A DNA stretch of 64,000 nucleotides from Candidatus Bathyarchaeum sp. Its GTDB lineage: Archaea; Thermoproteota; Bathyarchaeia; Bathyarchaeales; Bathyarchaeaceae. Below, piece by piece: positions 26,950-37,139 of the stretch. The notes beneath the pieces are model-generated. The model had not been told where the DNA came from and did not search any database. It worked only from the letters and a program-made list of their open reading frames with translations. The position numbers were made by a program, and so were the translations under genes. The first letter of the stretch is position 1. Each line of letters starts with the position of its first letter. The stretch spans positions 4,715 to 68,714 of the forward strand of contig JAFGGM010000051.1 in the NCBI GenBank assembly GCA_016930555.1, given 5' to 3'.

Positions 26950-27393
26950 TTAGATGCCATATTTTGTTCTAATGTGAGTTTGGATGAGATAGAGCACAGT
27001 TGCGAGACTGTATGGAATCTCCACTATAGCAGCTGTTTTAATGATGCCCAGAAAAGTTAGCATATCAAGGACTGTTAGAGAATCTGCGATTATGACAAAC
27101 AATGCGACAGCTACGGTTCCAATCCACCCTAAACTTTTACCTTTCCAAAGTAGATAAGTAAAAAGGAGCGTCAATATCCCGTAAATGAGTGTGTAAAAAC
27201 TGAAGACTGAAGGAAAATTTGATGAAGCAGCCACTGAAATGAAAGTTCCTAACACCAGCACTAAACCAAAAAAGGTGTGAGTCAATCCGTTAATAACCTG
27301 AATAGCCGTTAGAACACCAATGCCCAAAAAACGTCCCCTAAAAGTAACAACCCTATCAGGTTTTTTCATAATAAAACATGTACAAAAAGTCAC
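26950..27393 (-). CDS. Hypothetical integral membrane protein (about 4 TM)
   Basis: The ORF is uniformly hydrophobic with helix-length segments. The likely start is MKKPDRV at 27369. No family was recognised. Confidence 0.4.
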   Translation of the reverse strand: MTFCTCFIMKKPDRVVTFRGRFLGIGVLTAIQVINGLTHTFFGLVLVLGTFISVAASSNFPSVFSFYTLIYGILTLLFTYLLWKGKSLGWIGTVAVALFVIIADSLTVLDMLTFLGIIKTAAIVEIPYSLATVLYLIQTHIRTKYGI

Positions 27394-27469
27394 TAAATAA
27401 ACATATGATAGAAAACAGAAAAGAAAAAATGGAAAAGGGGAGACTGCCAGCTTTTGCAGCCTAACTGGA

Positions 27470-28675
27470 TTATTGGTAGCTTTGCCACTTGCTTTCCAGT
27501 GCTGGGTCCTGAATAGTTTTCATCAAGTAGTCAGCAAATTCTGCTCCAGTAGCGCCATCTGATCTTCCTGTTGTTATCACCTTTTTCTCGTACTGTCCAC
27601 AGACGTCAAGAGCCATCTCAAGTTTCTTTGCTTCAGCAGCAAATCCGATGTGTTTCAGGAGCATGACTGTTGCTCTCAGGATGCTGGCGGGGTCAGCGTA
27701 TTCGGCTCTTCCTTCCTCAACCATTCTTGGAGCTGAGCCATGGATAGCCTCAAACATTGCGTATCTTTTGCCGATGTTTGCGCTTCCAGCTGTGCCGACT
27801 CCTCCTTGGAATTCAGCCGCTTCGTCAGTAATTATGTCTCCATAAAGGTTTGGCAATACTACAACCTTGAATTGGGTTCGTCGCTTCGGGTCCACAAGCT
27901 TTGCAGTCATGATGTCAACAAACCAGTCATCCCATTCAACACCAGGATAAAGTTTGGCCACCTGCTCTGCCACGCTGAGGAATTTTCCGTCAGTTGTTTT
28001 CACTACATTCGCTTTGGTTACAACAGTTACCTTGTTGATGTTGTTTTTCTTGGCGTAATCAAAGGCCATCTCGGCAATTCTTTCGGAACCCTGTGTGGTT
28101 GTTACTTTGAAGTCAACAGCAAGATCGTCAGTGACATTCACTCCCTTGCCCCCAAGTACGTATGCGCCTTCTGTGTTCTCCCTGAAGAATATCCAATCGA
28201 TTCCTTCTTCAGGAACCTTTACAGGTCTCACGTTCGCAAACAGGTCAAGAATCCGCCGCATAGCAACGTTTGCACTCTCGATGTTAGGCCATTTGTCGCC
28301 CTTCTTCGGAGTGTATGTTGGACCCTTGAGTAGAACATGGCACGTTTTTATTTCTGCTAGAACGTCGTCAGGTATCGTCTTCATGACCTTGGCTCTGTTC
28401 TCGATGGTCAAGCCCTCAATGACTTTCATTTGGACTTTCCCATTGGCTACCTCTTTTTTCAGCAGAAATTCTAGAACCCTCTGGGCTTCCTTAGTGATGA
28501 ATGGACCAATACCGTCTCCGCCAACAATTCCGATTACTATCGGCTTCAGTTTGGCGTAGTCCAGCCAGTTTTCTGCCTGTTTCATTTGTTCGACTCTTTC
28601 AAGCTGTTCTTCAAGCAGCTTACCAAAATGTTCCTTTGCCGCTTTAATTTCTTTATTCATTTCCATTTCCTCCAA
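27470..28675 (-). CDS. icd: Isocitrate dehydrogenase (isocitrate/isopropylmalate dehydrogenase family)
   Basis: 401 aa with GGDGIGPFITKEA, NLYGDIITDEAAEFQGGVGTAGSANIG and HGSAPRMVEEGRAEYADP. It is adjacent to aclA. It has a charged helical N-terminal stretch of about 45 aa, and an alternative start is possible. Confidence 0.8.
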   Translation of the reverse strand: MEEMEMNKEIKAAKEHFGKLLEEQLERVEQMKQAENWLDYAKLKPIVIGIVGGDGIGPFITKEAQRVLEFLLKKEVANGKVQMKVIEGLTIENRAKVMKTIPDDVLAEIKTCHVLLKGPTYTPKKGDKWPNIESANVAMRRILDLFANVRPVKVPEEGIDWIFFRENTEGAYVLGGKGVNVTDDLAVDFKVTTTQGSERIAEMAFDYAKKNNINKVTVVTKANVVKTTDGKFLSVAEQVAKLYPGVEWDDWFVDIMTAKLVDPKRRTQFKVVVLPNLYGDIITDEAAEFQGGVGTAGSANIGKRYAMFEAIHGSAPRMVEEGRAEYADPASILRATVMLLKHIGFAAEAKKLEMALDVCGQYEKKVITTGRSDGATGAEFADYLMKTIQDPALESKWQSYQ

Positions 28676-28680
28676 TTTTT

Positions 28681-30531
28681 TTATTTTATTTCTTCCTTTT
28701 TAGGAGAAGCATAAAGAATGTCATTCCATGGATGTCTGTACAGGTTTTCCTTAAGACGCTTTTGATCTAGGATGTGCCCCATGAATCCGATGCTGCGCCC
28801 AAGCACGAAGAGCCCATTTAGGGCTCCAGTTTCGATGATGTCACTGATTTCCTGTTTTGAGAAACCTAAACTGTTAAGCATATCAACGAAAAGAATTCCT
28901 ACACAGCCATCAACATTCAATATTAGGTTGTCCCTTTTTGCTGTGGTCACTTTCTCAACAGCTAGGGCGTAATCGAGGTAATCGGTTTTCGGAAAATTTT
29001 CTCTAGCATACTTTTTGAGAAGCTCCACACGCTTGTCTGGGTTAATCACTGACTTGACACGATGACCAATTCCAGGAATCAGTATGTCCATGGCCTTCAT
29101 ATCATCAACCATCTCTTTGGGCTCCTTGGCTTCATCATGGAACTTCTTGAACCAGTACGCTGCTCCGTCAATGGCGCCTCCGAAACGTGGACCAATCGTC
29201 AACAAACCGCTAACCAACGAGGATATGAGATCCTTTCCGGCTCTCGCAGAGATTATGGCATTGTGAGCGCCTGACACTGCAGGACCATGATCAGCCACTA
29301 TCTGCAAAACTAGCTCAATGAAGCCTGTTCCCCATTTCGGGAGTTCTTTCTTGAACCACAGAAGCCCGATAACTCCGCCGATTCCGTAGCCATTTTCTAC
29401 AACTTCAGTTAGAGGCACACCCGCATACATGGGTTGGTCTCCTCGCTCGTCAGTGATTGTACTGACAAAATGCGTTGGTATCCTCACCATTCCTTCAGTT
29501 ATAGCAGTGCTTAAGTCCATGGGAGTTTTCTTGGGCTCCCTATCTGGTTTAGGCTTAACTTTTCCTTCTTTCACCAGCTTGTCAAAAGTTTCTTTGATTT
29601 TTTTGCCCAAATCATCGAAGGAATCTGGGACGACTGCTCCTGCTTCTTTCAAAGCTTTATTTTTTGCGTCAGCTGTTTCCAAGTCAGTTCTTGCCTTTGC
29701 TCCCGCATGACCAAACTGTACTCCAGCTGAGAACATTTTGGAGCATGTTCCGATGCACCATGCAACAAGTGACTTAGTGATTTTTCCAGTTTTCAGGGCG
29801 TTTACGATGTCATATTCATCTCTGCCTCCGACTTCGCCGAGGAGAACAATCATGGCTGCATCTGGGTCCTGTTGGAATCTCATTACGTGGTCTATGAAGG
29901 TACTACCTGGATAGAGGTCTCCGCCGATGGCTATTCCTTCGTAGACGCCGTCGCTGTTTCTGGAAACGATGTTATTCAGTTCGTTAAGCAGTCCACCTGA
30001 CTTCGAAACAAAGGCAACGCTTCCTGGGCGATGCAACCGAGACGCTATTATGTTGTCGATCATGCCACCAGTGTTTCCTATCTTGAAGGCTCCGCCCTTG
30101 ATTGCGCCAACTGTTGCGGGACCGATTATCCATTTTCCCTTCTGTCTTGCAATAGCAGCAAGTTCTCTTGTGTATCTTTCAGGGATTCCTTCGGCAATGA
30201 TTGCGACTGTGCGGATGCTATCGATTTCGAGGGCTTCTCTTGTTCGGGGGTAAGCTGACCTGAAGGATGCGAAGTTGACCATCACATCAGCTTGAGGATG
30301 CTTTTCTGCTGCTTCCTTGATGCTTGTGTATATTGGAAGAATGATTTCTTCAGGTCCCCAGAAGCATTTGTGGTATCCGTCTCTTGTCGGGTCAACAATT
30401 GCTACGATGCTGGGGTTTTTTCTTTCGCATGCATAGTCGAAGTCAAGCATGCGTTGGATAGCCCTTTGCTGGTATCCAAAGATGATAGCTTGGGTGTTCT
30501 TATCAAACAGTTTATAGTTGCTCATTTTCAC
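28681..30531 (-). CDS. aclA: ATP-citrate lyase alpha (large) subunit
   Basis: 616 aa. A CoA-binding/ligase portion carries the phosphohistidine loop [10 protein letters not shown], fused to a citrate-synthase-like C-terminal domain. It has a 4-nt overlap with aclB. Confidence 0.9.
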   Translation of the reverse strand: MKMSNYKLFDKNTQAIIFGYQQRAIQRMLDFDYACERKNPSIVAIVDPTRDGYHKCFWGPEEIILPIYTSIKEAAEKHPQADVMVNFASFRSAYPRTREALEIDSIRTVAIIAEGIPERYTRELAAIARQKGKWIIGPATVGAIKGGAFKIGNTGGMIDNIIASRLHRPGSVAFVSKSGGLLNELNNIVSRNSDGVYEGIAIGGDLYPGSTFIDHVMRFQQDPDAAMIVLLGEVGGRDEYDIVNALKTGKITKSLVAWCIGTCSKMFSAGVQFGHAGAKARTDLETADAKNKALKEAGAVVPDSFDDLGKKIKETFDKLVKEGKVKPKPDREPKKTPMDLSTAITEGMVRIPTHFVSTITDERGDQPMYAGVPLTEVVENGYGIGGVIGLLWFKKELPKWGTGFIELVLQIVADHGPAVSGAHNAIISARAGKDLISSLVSGLLTIGPRFGGAIDGAAYWFKKFHDEAKEPKEMVDDMKAMDILIPGIGHRVKSVINPDKRVELLKKYARENFPKTDYLDYALAVEKVTTAKRDNLILNVDGCVGILFVDMLNSLGFSKQEISDIIETGALNGLFVLGRSIGFMGHILDQKRLKENLYRHPWNDILYASPKKEEIK

Positions 30532-31811
30532 GCACCTGCATTTCCTTTAAGTGCCATCGAAACTATCGAGGTCATGTGGGCTTCTGGTCCAAACACTTCA
30601 ATTGGAACGCCTAAGATTTTGCCGAGGTCTTTCATGTTTTTCAGTCCTTCTTGATAGTTTGGTCCGCCTCTGCGAACGTAAATTCTGACCTTGTTGTCGA
30701 TGAGTTGCTGCTTGTATTCTTTTAGTGCTTTTATTATGCCCGTGAAGGTCTTGGCTACGTCAGTGAAGTTTGCGATGCCGCCTCCGATAATCAGGATTTT
30801 TCCTTTCGGATTCTTTTCTCGTGTCATGAGGTCAAGTATTGTTTTTGTGTACTGGTATGTCTCGTCAGTGGAGGGGTTGCCGCTGTATTCTCCGTAATTG
30901 GCTAACTCATCTTTGAAGCCTAAGTCAAAAACGGTGTCTGTGTAAACGACGCTGGCGCCGCCGCCCGCAACTAATGTCCACACTCTGCCGCTTGGGTTAA
31001 TTACAGTTAGTTTCAGGGAGGCGCCACTTTTTTCATCCAAATCCTTCACGAATTTTTCTTCTTTGGTAAGTCTTCTTCCGAAGGGTGCTGGAAACTCGAT
31101 GTTACCCCATTTGTTGCCGCAAACGAACTGGGCTGTGTCGTCGAGACGAGCAACAGTGTCTAGAGGTATGAAGGCTTCTTTGGTCATTGCTATGGGATTA
31201 ATTTCGAGATACGCATAACCAAAGTCTACGTAAAACTTGAACAAGCCTTTAATGAACTCGGCGACCATTGCTTTTTCTTCTTCAGGAACTTCTTTGGGCA
31301 GTTTTTCGGCTATTTTGATGTTGTTGATGCTAGAAAGAATTGGAACTTGTATGGTTACAACAGTGTCCCAAACGGACTCTATGTCTACTCCTCCGTGCGC
31401 CGAGAAGTAGATAGCGTCGCCTTCCCTGTTGGATGTTATGGCAACATAGTATTCCTTGTTTTTATCATGGGGAATAAAGGGTTCAATAAGAAAATGTGTA
31501 AGCTTGTCTGTTACTTTTCCTATCGTAACGTCCTTGTTCATCCGTTTATTCAACCACTTCTTTGCTTCATCAAATGTGGAATTAAGAAGTATGAGGTTGT
31601 TTTTTCCTCTTTTTCCAATCAGTTGATCAGGCTTGACAACCAATTTCTCTTGTTTCAGCCAAGGATTCTGTTTGGCAAGCTCATTCATGTCTGTTTTTGG
31701 GTCAACCAAAACTATTTTTCCGTCGTACTTTGCAAGGTTTGGTAAATATTCTGTCCAATAGTTTGCCATCATCTTTTTTCCATGAAATTCACGAATTCCT
31801 CTTTGAGCCAA
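30528..31811 (-). CDS. aclB: ATP-citrate lyase beta (small) subunit, ATP-grasp
   Basis: 427 aa. The N-terminus [15 protein letters not shown]...[14 protein letters not shown] and the succinyl-CoA-synthetase-beta-like architecture are typical of AclB. Confidence 0.9.
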   Translation of the reverse strand: MAQRGIREFHGKKMMANYWTEYLPNLAKYDGKIVLVDPKTDMNELAKQNPWLKQEKLVVKPDQLIGKRGKNNLILLNSTFDEAKKWLNKRMNKDVTIGKVTDKLTHFLIEPFIPHDKNKEYYVAITSNREGDAIYFSAHGGVDIESVWDTVVTIQVPILSSINNIKIAEKLPKEVPEEEKAMVAEFIKGLFKFYVDFGYAYLEINPIAMTKEAFIPLDTVARLDDTAQFVCGNKWGNIEFPAPFGRRLTKEEKFVKDLDEKSGASLKLTVINPSGRVWTLVAGGGASVVYTDTVFDLGFKDELANYGEYSGNPSTDETYQYTKTILDLMTREKNPKGKILIIGGGIANFTDVAKTFTGIIKALKEYKQQLIDNKVRIYVRRGGPNYQEGLKNMKDLGKILGVPIEVFGPEAHMTSIVSMALKGNAGA

Positions 31812-31843
31812 TTTTTTGTCTCCTTCAATTAATTTTCAGTCTG

Positions 31844-33778
31844 TCACTTGTTTTTGATGTAAGAAAGCATTCCACCTGCAAGGAGAATATTCTTCTGTCG
31901 TTCGGACAGTTCATAGTTTACTTCAAACTGTTTTCCTTTTGTAAGATTTTTCACAATCAGCGGCTTGTTCTCTGACAGCACTTTTCTGATATCTGGAATC
32001 TCCAGTTCGTCTCCAGAGTCTATCTGGTCATAATCTGATTCTGTTTTGAAGGTTAAGGGGATGATTCCGAAGTTGATCAGGTTTGCTGAGTGAATTCTCT
32101 CAAAGGATTTGGCAATAACCGCCTTTACGCCTAGAAACATTGGACAAAGGGCTGCATGCTCCCGTGAAGAGCCTTGACCGTAGCTTAGTCCGCCTACGAT
32201 AATGTTGTGTTTTCCGCTGTCCCTGATTTCTGACGCTCGCTTGTAGAAGGTGTCATCCACTATCTCAAACACGAACTCAGAATACTTGGGCACATTAGAC
32301 CTGTACTTCATTCTGCTTCCTGCGGGGATGATGTGGTCGGTGGTGATTTTGTCGCCCACCTTGATGGTGACGACCCCAGAGATGTCCGCAGACATAGGCG
32401 GATTAGATGGTGGATCTCCAATGTTTGGACCACGGTATATTTTAACCGCGTCTGGAGTTTCTGAAGGCAACAATATCATGCTGTCGTCGATATAGAATTT
32501 TGCAGGCATCTCCACTACGGGATAGTCCATTCCAAGGTCTCGTGGGTCAATCATTTTGCCTGTTAGAAGGGACGCAGCGGCTGTTTCAGGGCTTGTTAAG
32601 TACAGGTTTGCAGTCTTTGTTCCAGAACGTCCAAAGAAGTTTCTGTTGGAGGTGCGTATTGACACTGCCTCTGTTTGAGGCGACTGGCTGTTTCCGATGC
32701 AGAATCCGCAGACTGGCTCTGTGATTCTGGCGCCAGTGGAATAAAGGTCTGCCAGGGCGCCTTCTTTTGCTAGGTTCTCGATTACCTGTTTTGAGCCTGG
32801 AGAAATAACAAAGCTGACTGAGGGGTGAACCTTTTTGCCCTTCAGGATTTTTGCTACAGTCATTAGGTCCTTGTAAGAAGAGTTTGTGCAGCTTCCTATA
32901 CACACTTGATTAACTTTCATCCCGCTGAGTTCTTTCACTGTTTTGATGTTGCCAGGGCTGTGGGGGTAGGCTGCTAGCGGAACTATTTCGCTCAAGTCGA
33001 TGTCGACCACCCAGTCGTATTCGGCGTCGGGGTCGGCTTTGACTTCAGTCCAGTCTCGTTCTCTGCCCTGAGCCTTCAGGAACTGTTTTGTGGTTTCGTC
33101 AGATGGAAACACGGAAGTTGTGACTCCACATTCTGCCCCCATGTTCGTGATGGTTGCCCGCTCAGGAACAGAAAGGGTTTTGGCTCCCTCGCCTCCATAC
33201 TCAAAGATGGCACCGACGTTGCCTTTTGTGGTGAAAATCTCCAAAACCTTCAGAACCACATCTTTTGCGGAGACCCAAGGTTTCAGTTTTCCCTTCAAAT
33301 TTATTTTTGTGACTTTTGGACACGTAAGATAGAAGGGTTCGCCTCCCATAGCAACAGCGATGTCTAATCCTCCAGCTCCAATGGCAATCATGCCCAGTCC
33401 GCCAGCGGTTGGAGTGTGACTGTCAGAGCCTAAAAGCGTCTTTCCAGGTTTTCCGAACCGTTCAAGATGAACTTGATGGCAGATGCCGTTTCCTGCCCTG
33501 GACAACAGGATGCCATACTTGGCTGCGACTGATTGCAGATAACGATGGTCGTCTGCGTTCTCGAAGCCCACTTGGATTGTGTTGTGGTCTATGTAGCTTA
33601 CAGAAAGCTCGGTTTTGACTTTTGACAGCCCCATTGCCTCAAACTGGAGGTAGGCCATGGTTCCGGTTGCATCCTGCGTCAAAGTCTGGTCAATTTTTAT
33701 GGCAATTTCTTTGCCGGGTTCAAAGTTTCCTTCTACTAGGTGCTTTTCGATTATCTTCTGGGTTATACTTTTACCCAT
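31844..33778 (-). CDS. acn: Aconitate hydratase (short, about 640-aa fused-domain type)
   Basis: 644 aa with aconitase-family cluster motifs (GSDSHT, IGSCTNSSYKDL, the CGFCIG region). The swivel domain is fused at the C-terminus. Confidence 0.85.
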   Translation of the reverse strand: MGKSITQKIIEKHLVEGNFEPGKEIAIKIDQTLTQDATGTMAYLQFEAMGLSKVKTELSVSYIDHNTIQVGFENADDHRYLQSVAAKYGILLSRAGNGICHQVHLERFGKPGKTLLGSDSHTPTAGGLGMIAIGAGGLDIAVAMGGEPFYLTCPKVTKINLKGKLKPWVSAKDVVLKVLEIFTTKGNVGAIFEYGGEGAKTLSVPERATITNMGAECGVTTSVFPSDETTKQFLKAQGRERDWTEVKADPDAEYDWVVDIDLSEIVPLAAYPHSPGNIKTVKELSGMKVNQVCIGSCTNSSYKDLMTVAKILKGKKVHPSVSFVISPGSKQVIENLAKEGALADLYSTGARITEPVCGFCIGNSQSPQTEAVSIRTSNRNFFGRSGTKTANLYLTSPETAAASLLTGKMIDPRDLGMDYPVVEMPAKFYIDDSMILLPSETPDAVKIYRGPNIGDPPSNPPMSADISGVVTIKVGDKITTDHIIPAGSRMKYRSNVPKYSEFVFEIVDDTFYKRASEIRDSGKHNIIVGGLSYGQGSSREHAALCPMFLGVKAVIAKSFERIHSANLINFGIIPLTFKTESDYDQIDSGDELEIPDIRKVLSENKPLIVKNLTKGKQFEVNYELSERQKNILLAGGMLSYIKNK

Positions 33779-34013
33779 GCATTTCCTCTCCTTTCCAACA
33801 TTTTCGGGTGATTTTACGTGAATCCACGCAAGCCTAAAAACCTCTTATCTTCATCTTATTTCTAATATAAAACATTAACGAATACCCACATCTAGGGCAC
33901 TTTTTTTGGGTTCAACCGTCTGTGTTAGAAAAATAGAAGCTTAGAACAGCAGTTAGACGCCGAAAGAATGAAGTAAAGTGTTTTATTTTGGGCTTAACGT
34001 CAGATAGAATGGT

Positions 34014-34853
34014 GTGTTTGTATTGAGGATTGCTTTTCAGGGAGAGCTTGGTGCCTACAGCGAGATGGCAGTTTACAGTTTTTTCGGCGAGTCAGTATTG
34101 GTTAAGCCATGCGAAAGCTTTGATGAAGTCTTCGAAAGCGTCAAAACAGGTACTGTAGACTATGGCGTCGTTCCCATCGAAAACTCCATTGAAGGCAGCG
34201 TAAACCGCACCTACGACCTGTTTCTAGAATATGATTTGAAGGTCTGCGGCGAAATAATCATCAGAATAAGCCACTGTCTCATAGCCCACCAAGGCACCAA
34301 AATAGACCAAATCAAAACAGTTTACAGTCACCCCCAAGCCTTGGCACAGTGCAGAAAGTTTCTGGAACAATACAAACTGAAGGCAATTAGCACCTTCGAT
34401 ACTGCAGGCAGCGTAAAGATGATTAAAGAAGAAAAGATGATGGACGCAGCTGCCATAGCCAGCGAAAGAGCCGCCAAAATCTACGACATGACCATACTGG
34501 AGAAGGAAATAGAGGACAGCAAAAACAATTCCACACGATTCTTTGTGTTGGACAAGAAGGATTCGCAGTACTCTGGAGAAGATAAAACATCAATAATCTT
34601 TGGAGCAAAATCGGTGCCCGGGGCACTGTACAAGATATTGAAGGAGTTTGCTGACAGGAATATAAACTTGACAAAAATTGAGTCTAGACCTACCAAGAGC
34701 ACTCCATGGGAATACCATTTCTATCTAGACTTTGAGGGGCACAGAACGGACATAAAAAGCCAGCAAGCTCTAGAAAGCATCACCGACAAAACAGTGTTCG
34801 TTAAAATCCTTGGCTCCTACAAGGCAGCAAACAAATCCAACTGTAAGCTCTAG
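34014..34853 (+). CDS. pheA: Prephenate dehydratase (PDT plus ACT domain)
   Basis: 279 aa with IAFQGELGAYSE, the TRF motif (NNSTRFFVL) and ESRP (LTKIESRPTK). Confidence 0.9.
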   Translation: MFVLRIAFQGELGAYSEMAVYSFFGESVLVKPCESFDEVFESVKTGTVDYGVVPIENSIEGSVNRTYDLFLEYDLKVCGEIIIRISHCLIAHQGTKIDQIKTVYSHPQALAQCRKFLEQYKLKAISTFDTAGSVKMIKEEKMMDAAAIASERAAKIYDMTILEKEIEDSKNNSTRFFVLDKKDSQYSGEDKTSIIFGAKSVPGALYKILKEFADRNINLTKIESRPTKSTPWEYHFYLDFEGHRTDIKSQQALESITDKTVFVKILGSYKAANKSNCKL

Positions 34854-35719
34854 GAATCATCAAGCAGACGATACATAAGGCCATAGTATTTCTCGTAGTC
34901 AGGGTCAACTTCCCGAAGCCGCTTCTTAACCTTCTCCATCTTACGTCTGAAACCAGCGCAGTCTTTCTTTTTAACCAGCTTGAGCCACTCTTCAACCTTA
35001 TCCAGAAACAGGCCTTCAATCTTCTCCATCTCAGGCAGGCTCATGTGAAGATTCGAATAGAAACCCGGCTCCTCAGCAGCGACAGCCCCAGCCAAAGTCA
35101 ACAACATCTGATAGGTTGCGCCGCCCACCTTTTTTGCCTCAGCATAATCCTGATTATCTAGCAGAGCGTCGCCTGCAACCAAACCAACAAAGTGGGGGAA
35201 ACCTAAAACAAGCGACATCAACGTATCATGTTTTCTAGGTGCCATCACCGTCACTTTCGCACCTCGCGCCTTCAGCCAGTCTTTAAACTCCTCAGCGAAA
35301 CGTTTCTCTTCTTCTTGGACGGGGGTTAAAACAAAGTTTTGTCCTTCAAGGCTTTTAGCTCCTGGACCAAAAACAGGGTGAGTGCCCAAGATGACGCCCT
35401 TCGTGACGTATTTGTGTAGCATATTCACGGGGATTTCTTTGATTGAGCTGATGTCCATGACGGTCTGACCTGTTTTGATGTGGGAGCTGACCTCCTTCAG
35501 GGCAGGTTCCAAGCCATCTAAAGACACACACAATAGTATCCAGTCAGCGCCTTCCACAGCTTTAGAATTAGTGTCTGCTAATTCAACGCCTAACTCGTTT
35601 CGTAGGGCTTCTGCTTTTTTTCGGGTTCGGCTGGAAACAACTACAGAATAGCCTTCATCCTTGAAGAATCGTGCGAACCATCGACCCATCTTTCCTGCGC
35701 CAATAATTGCTACCCTCAA
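34850..35719 (-). CDS. tyrA: Prephenate dehydrogenase
   Basis: 289 aa with the MRVAIIGAGKMGRWFARFF Rossmann motif and a HPVFGP-type region (GTHPVFGPG). Confidence 0.85.
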   Translation of the reverse strand: MRVAIIGAGKMGRWFARFFKDEGYSVVVSSRTRKKAEALRNELGVELADTNSKAVEGADWILLCVSLDGLEPALKEVSSHIKTGQTVMDISSIKEIPVNMLHKYVTKGVILGTHPVFGPGAKSLEGQNFVLTPVQEEEKRFAEEFKDWLKARGAKVTVMAPRKHDTLMSLVLGFPHFVGLVAGDALLDNQDYAEAKKVGGATYQMLLTLAGAVAAEEPGFYSNLHMSLPEMEKIEGLFLDKVEEWLKLVKKKDCAGFRRKMEKVKKRLREVDPDYEKYYGLMYRLLDDS

Positions 35720-36789
35720 GGCAGAGCCTCACAAAGCGTCTCCAAACCTTCCCTAATCTTTTCTTCATTCACAGTCAAAGCTATTCTGAAGTATTCACGA
35801 TAATCTCCGAAAGCGGTTCCAGGAGCTATAGCAACTCCGCTGTCCAGCAGGTCCAAGGCGAAACGTTCAGAATCCAAGCCATCAACTTTTGGAAACAGAT
35901 AAAATGGTGCATCAGGACGGGAAAAATTCATCTTTGCTTTGGAAAGAACTTTGGTTGCGGCGTCTGCCCTTAGCCTGAACTGGTCTCTGACCGCATCCTC
36001 AATCTTTTTCTTAGTTTCGAGCCCCTTCAGGGCTCCGTATTGGATAAAGGCGGGAACACAGGTTGTAGTTATCTGGTTCAGCTTAATCATCTTCTGTGCC
36101 AACTCCTTCTCAACAATGGCATAACCAATTCTCCAGCCTGTCATCGCAAAAATTTTAGAGAAACCGCTTATCAGTATCTGGTCATCGCCGAAATCGAGGA
36201 TACTCTTAGCTTTGACGAAGCTTATATCCGCGTAGACCTCATCAGACATGACAGTTATTCCTCTGCTTTTTGCGATTTGGACAATCTCGCTGAAGGTTTT
36301 CTCATCAATAACTTTGCTTGTTGGATTGCCGGGACTATTAAGAATCAGTAGTCTCGTTTTTTCATCGATTAGGTTCTCCAGTTTTTCAACATCAATCTTC
36401 CAGTTAGACTCAAGGTCTCCCTTCAGAAAACGTAGCTCAGCTCCAACCCTCTTCGCAGCTAAGTCGTAGCTGGTCCAGTGAGGAGAAGGAACAACAACGT
36501 TTTCGCCCTTGTTCAGTAACAGAAACATCAAAGAAAAAACGGCCCATTTTGAGCCGGTGGTTATCACCACATTATCCACTGAAACATCATGGATGCTCGC
36601 CAACTCTTCCCGTAGCACCTTCTCGCCAGCAGCAGAAGAATATTTTGTCTTTCCCTGTTTCATGGCGTCATAGGCTGCTTCAATTATTTCGGGTGGCGTT
36701 GGCATATCTGGGTCTCCCAGATTAAATTTGATCATTTTCTTTCCTTGGTTCTCAAGTTGTATCGCTTTTTCGCTTATTTCATACAGCAT
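35716..36789 (-). CDS. Class I/II PLP aminotransferase (aspartate/aromatic type)
   Basis: 357 aa with the SGFSKIFAMTGWRIGY PLP-lysine motif. It lies inside the aromatic amino-acid array. Confidence 0.85.
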   Translation of the reverse strand: MLYEISEKAIQLENQGKKMIKFNLGDPDMPTPPEIIEAAYDAMKQGKTKYSSAAGEKVLREELASIHDVSVDNVVITTGSKWAVFSLMFLLLNKGENVVVPSPHWTSYDLAAKRVGAELRFLKGDLESNWKIDVEKLENLIDEKTRLLILNSPGNPTSKVIDEKTFSEIVQIAKSRGITVMSDEVYADISFVKAKSILDFGDDQILISGFSKIFAMTGWRIGYAIVEKELAQKMIKLNQITTTCVPAFIQYGALKGLETKKKIEDAVRDQFRLRADAATKVLSKAKMNFSRPDAPFYLFPKVDGLDSERFALDLLDSGVAIAPGTAFGDYREYFRIALTVNEEKIREGLETLCEALP

Positions 36790-36863
36790 TTTCCTAAACC
36801 CCGAGGAACCACCAAATTGAATAGTTGTTCATCATGAATGACATGGCAATGCTTTAAGTATTC

Positions 36864-37139
36864 TTATTCTGCGCCTTGAACAGAGACGCTCAAATCAATT
36901 ATCTGTTTGAAAATGGCTTCAACTTTTTGGGGATCAAGTCCAGCTTCTAACGCTTTTGCCATGATGTGCACGTAAACTGCATCTTCTCTCCGAAGATCCT
37001 TTACAGCTAGTCCAGTTTCTTTTTTGATTTTGCCGATACTTTTACAGAGTTCTATCCTATCCTTTAGAAGGATAACAAGATTTTCATCGATTGCGTCAAT
37101 CTTCTTCCTTAACCCCATAATACTCTCCAACAGCTTCAA
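36864..37139 (-). CDS. Chorismate mutase (AroQ class)
   Basis: 91 aa. LRKKIDAIDENLVILLKDRIELCKSIGKIKKETGLAVKDLRRE is the all-helical CM type 2 signature. The start may be the internal ATG at 37118. Confidence 0.75.
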   Translation of the reverse strand: MKLLESIMGLRKKIDAIDENLVILLKDRIELCKSIGKIKKETGLAVKDLRREDAVYVHIMAKALEAGLDPQKVEAIFKQIIDLSVSVQGAE

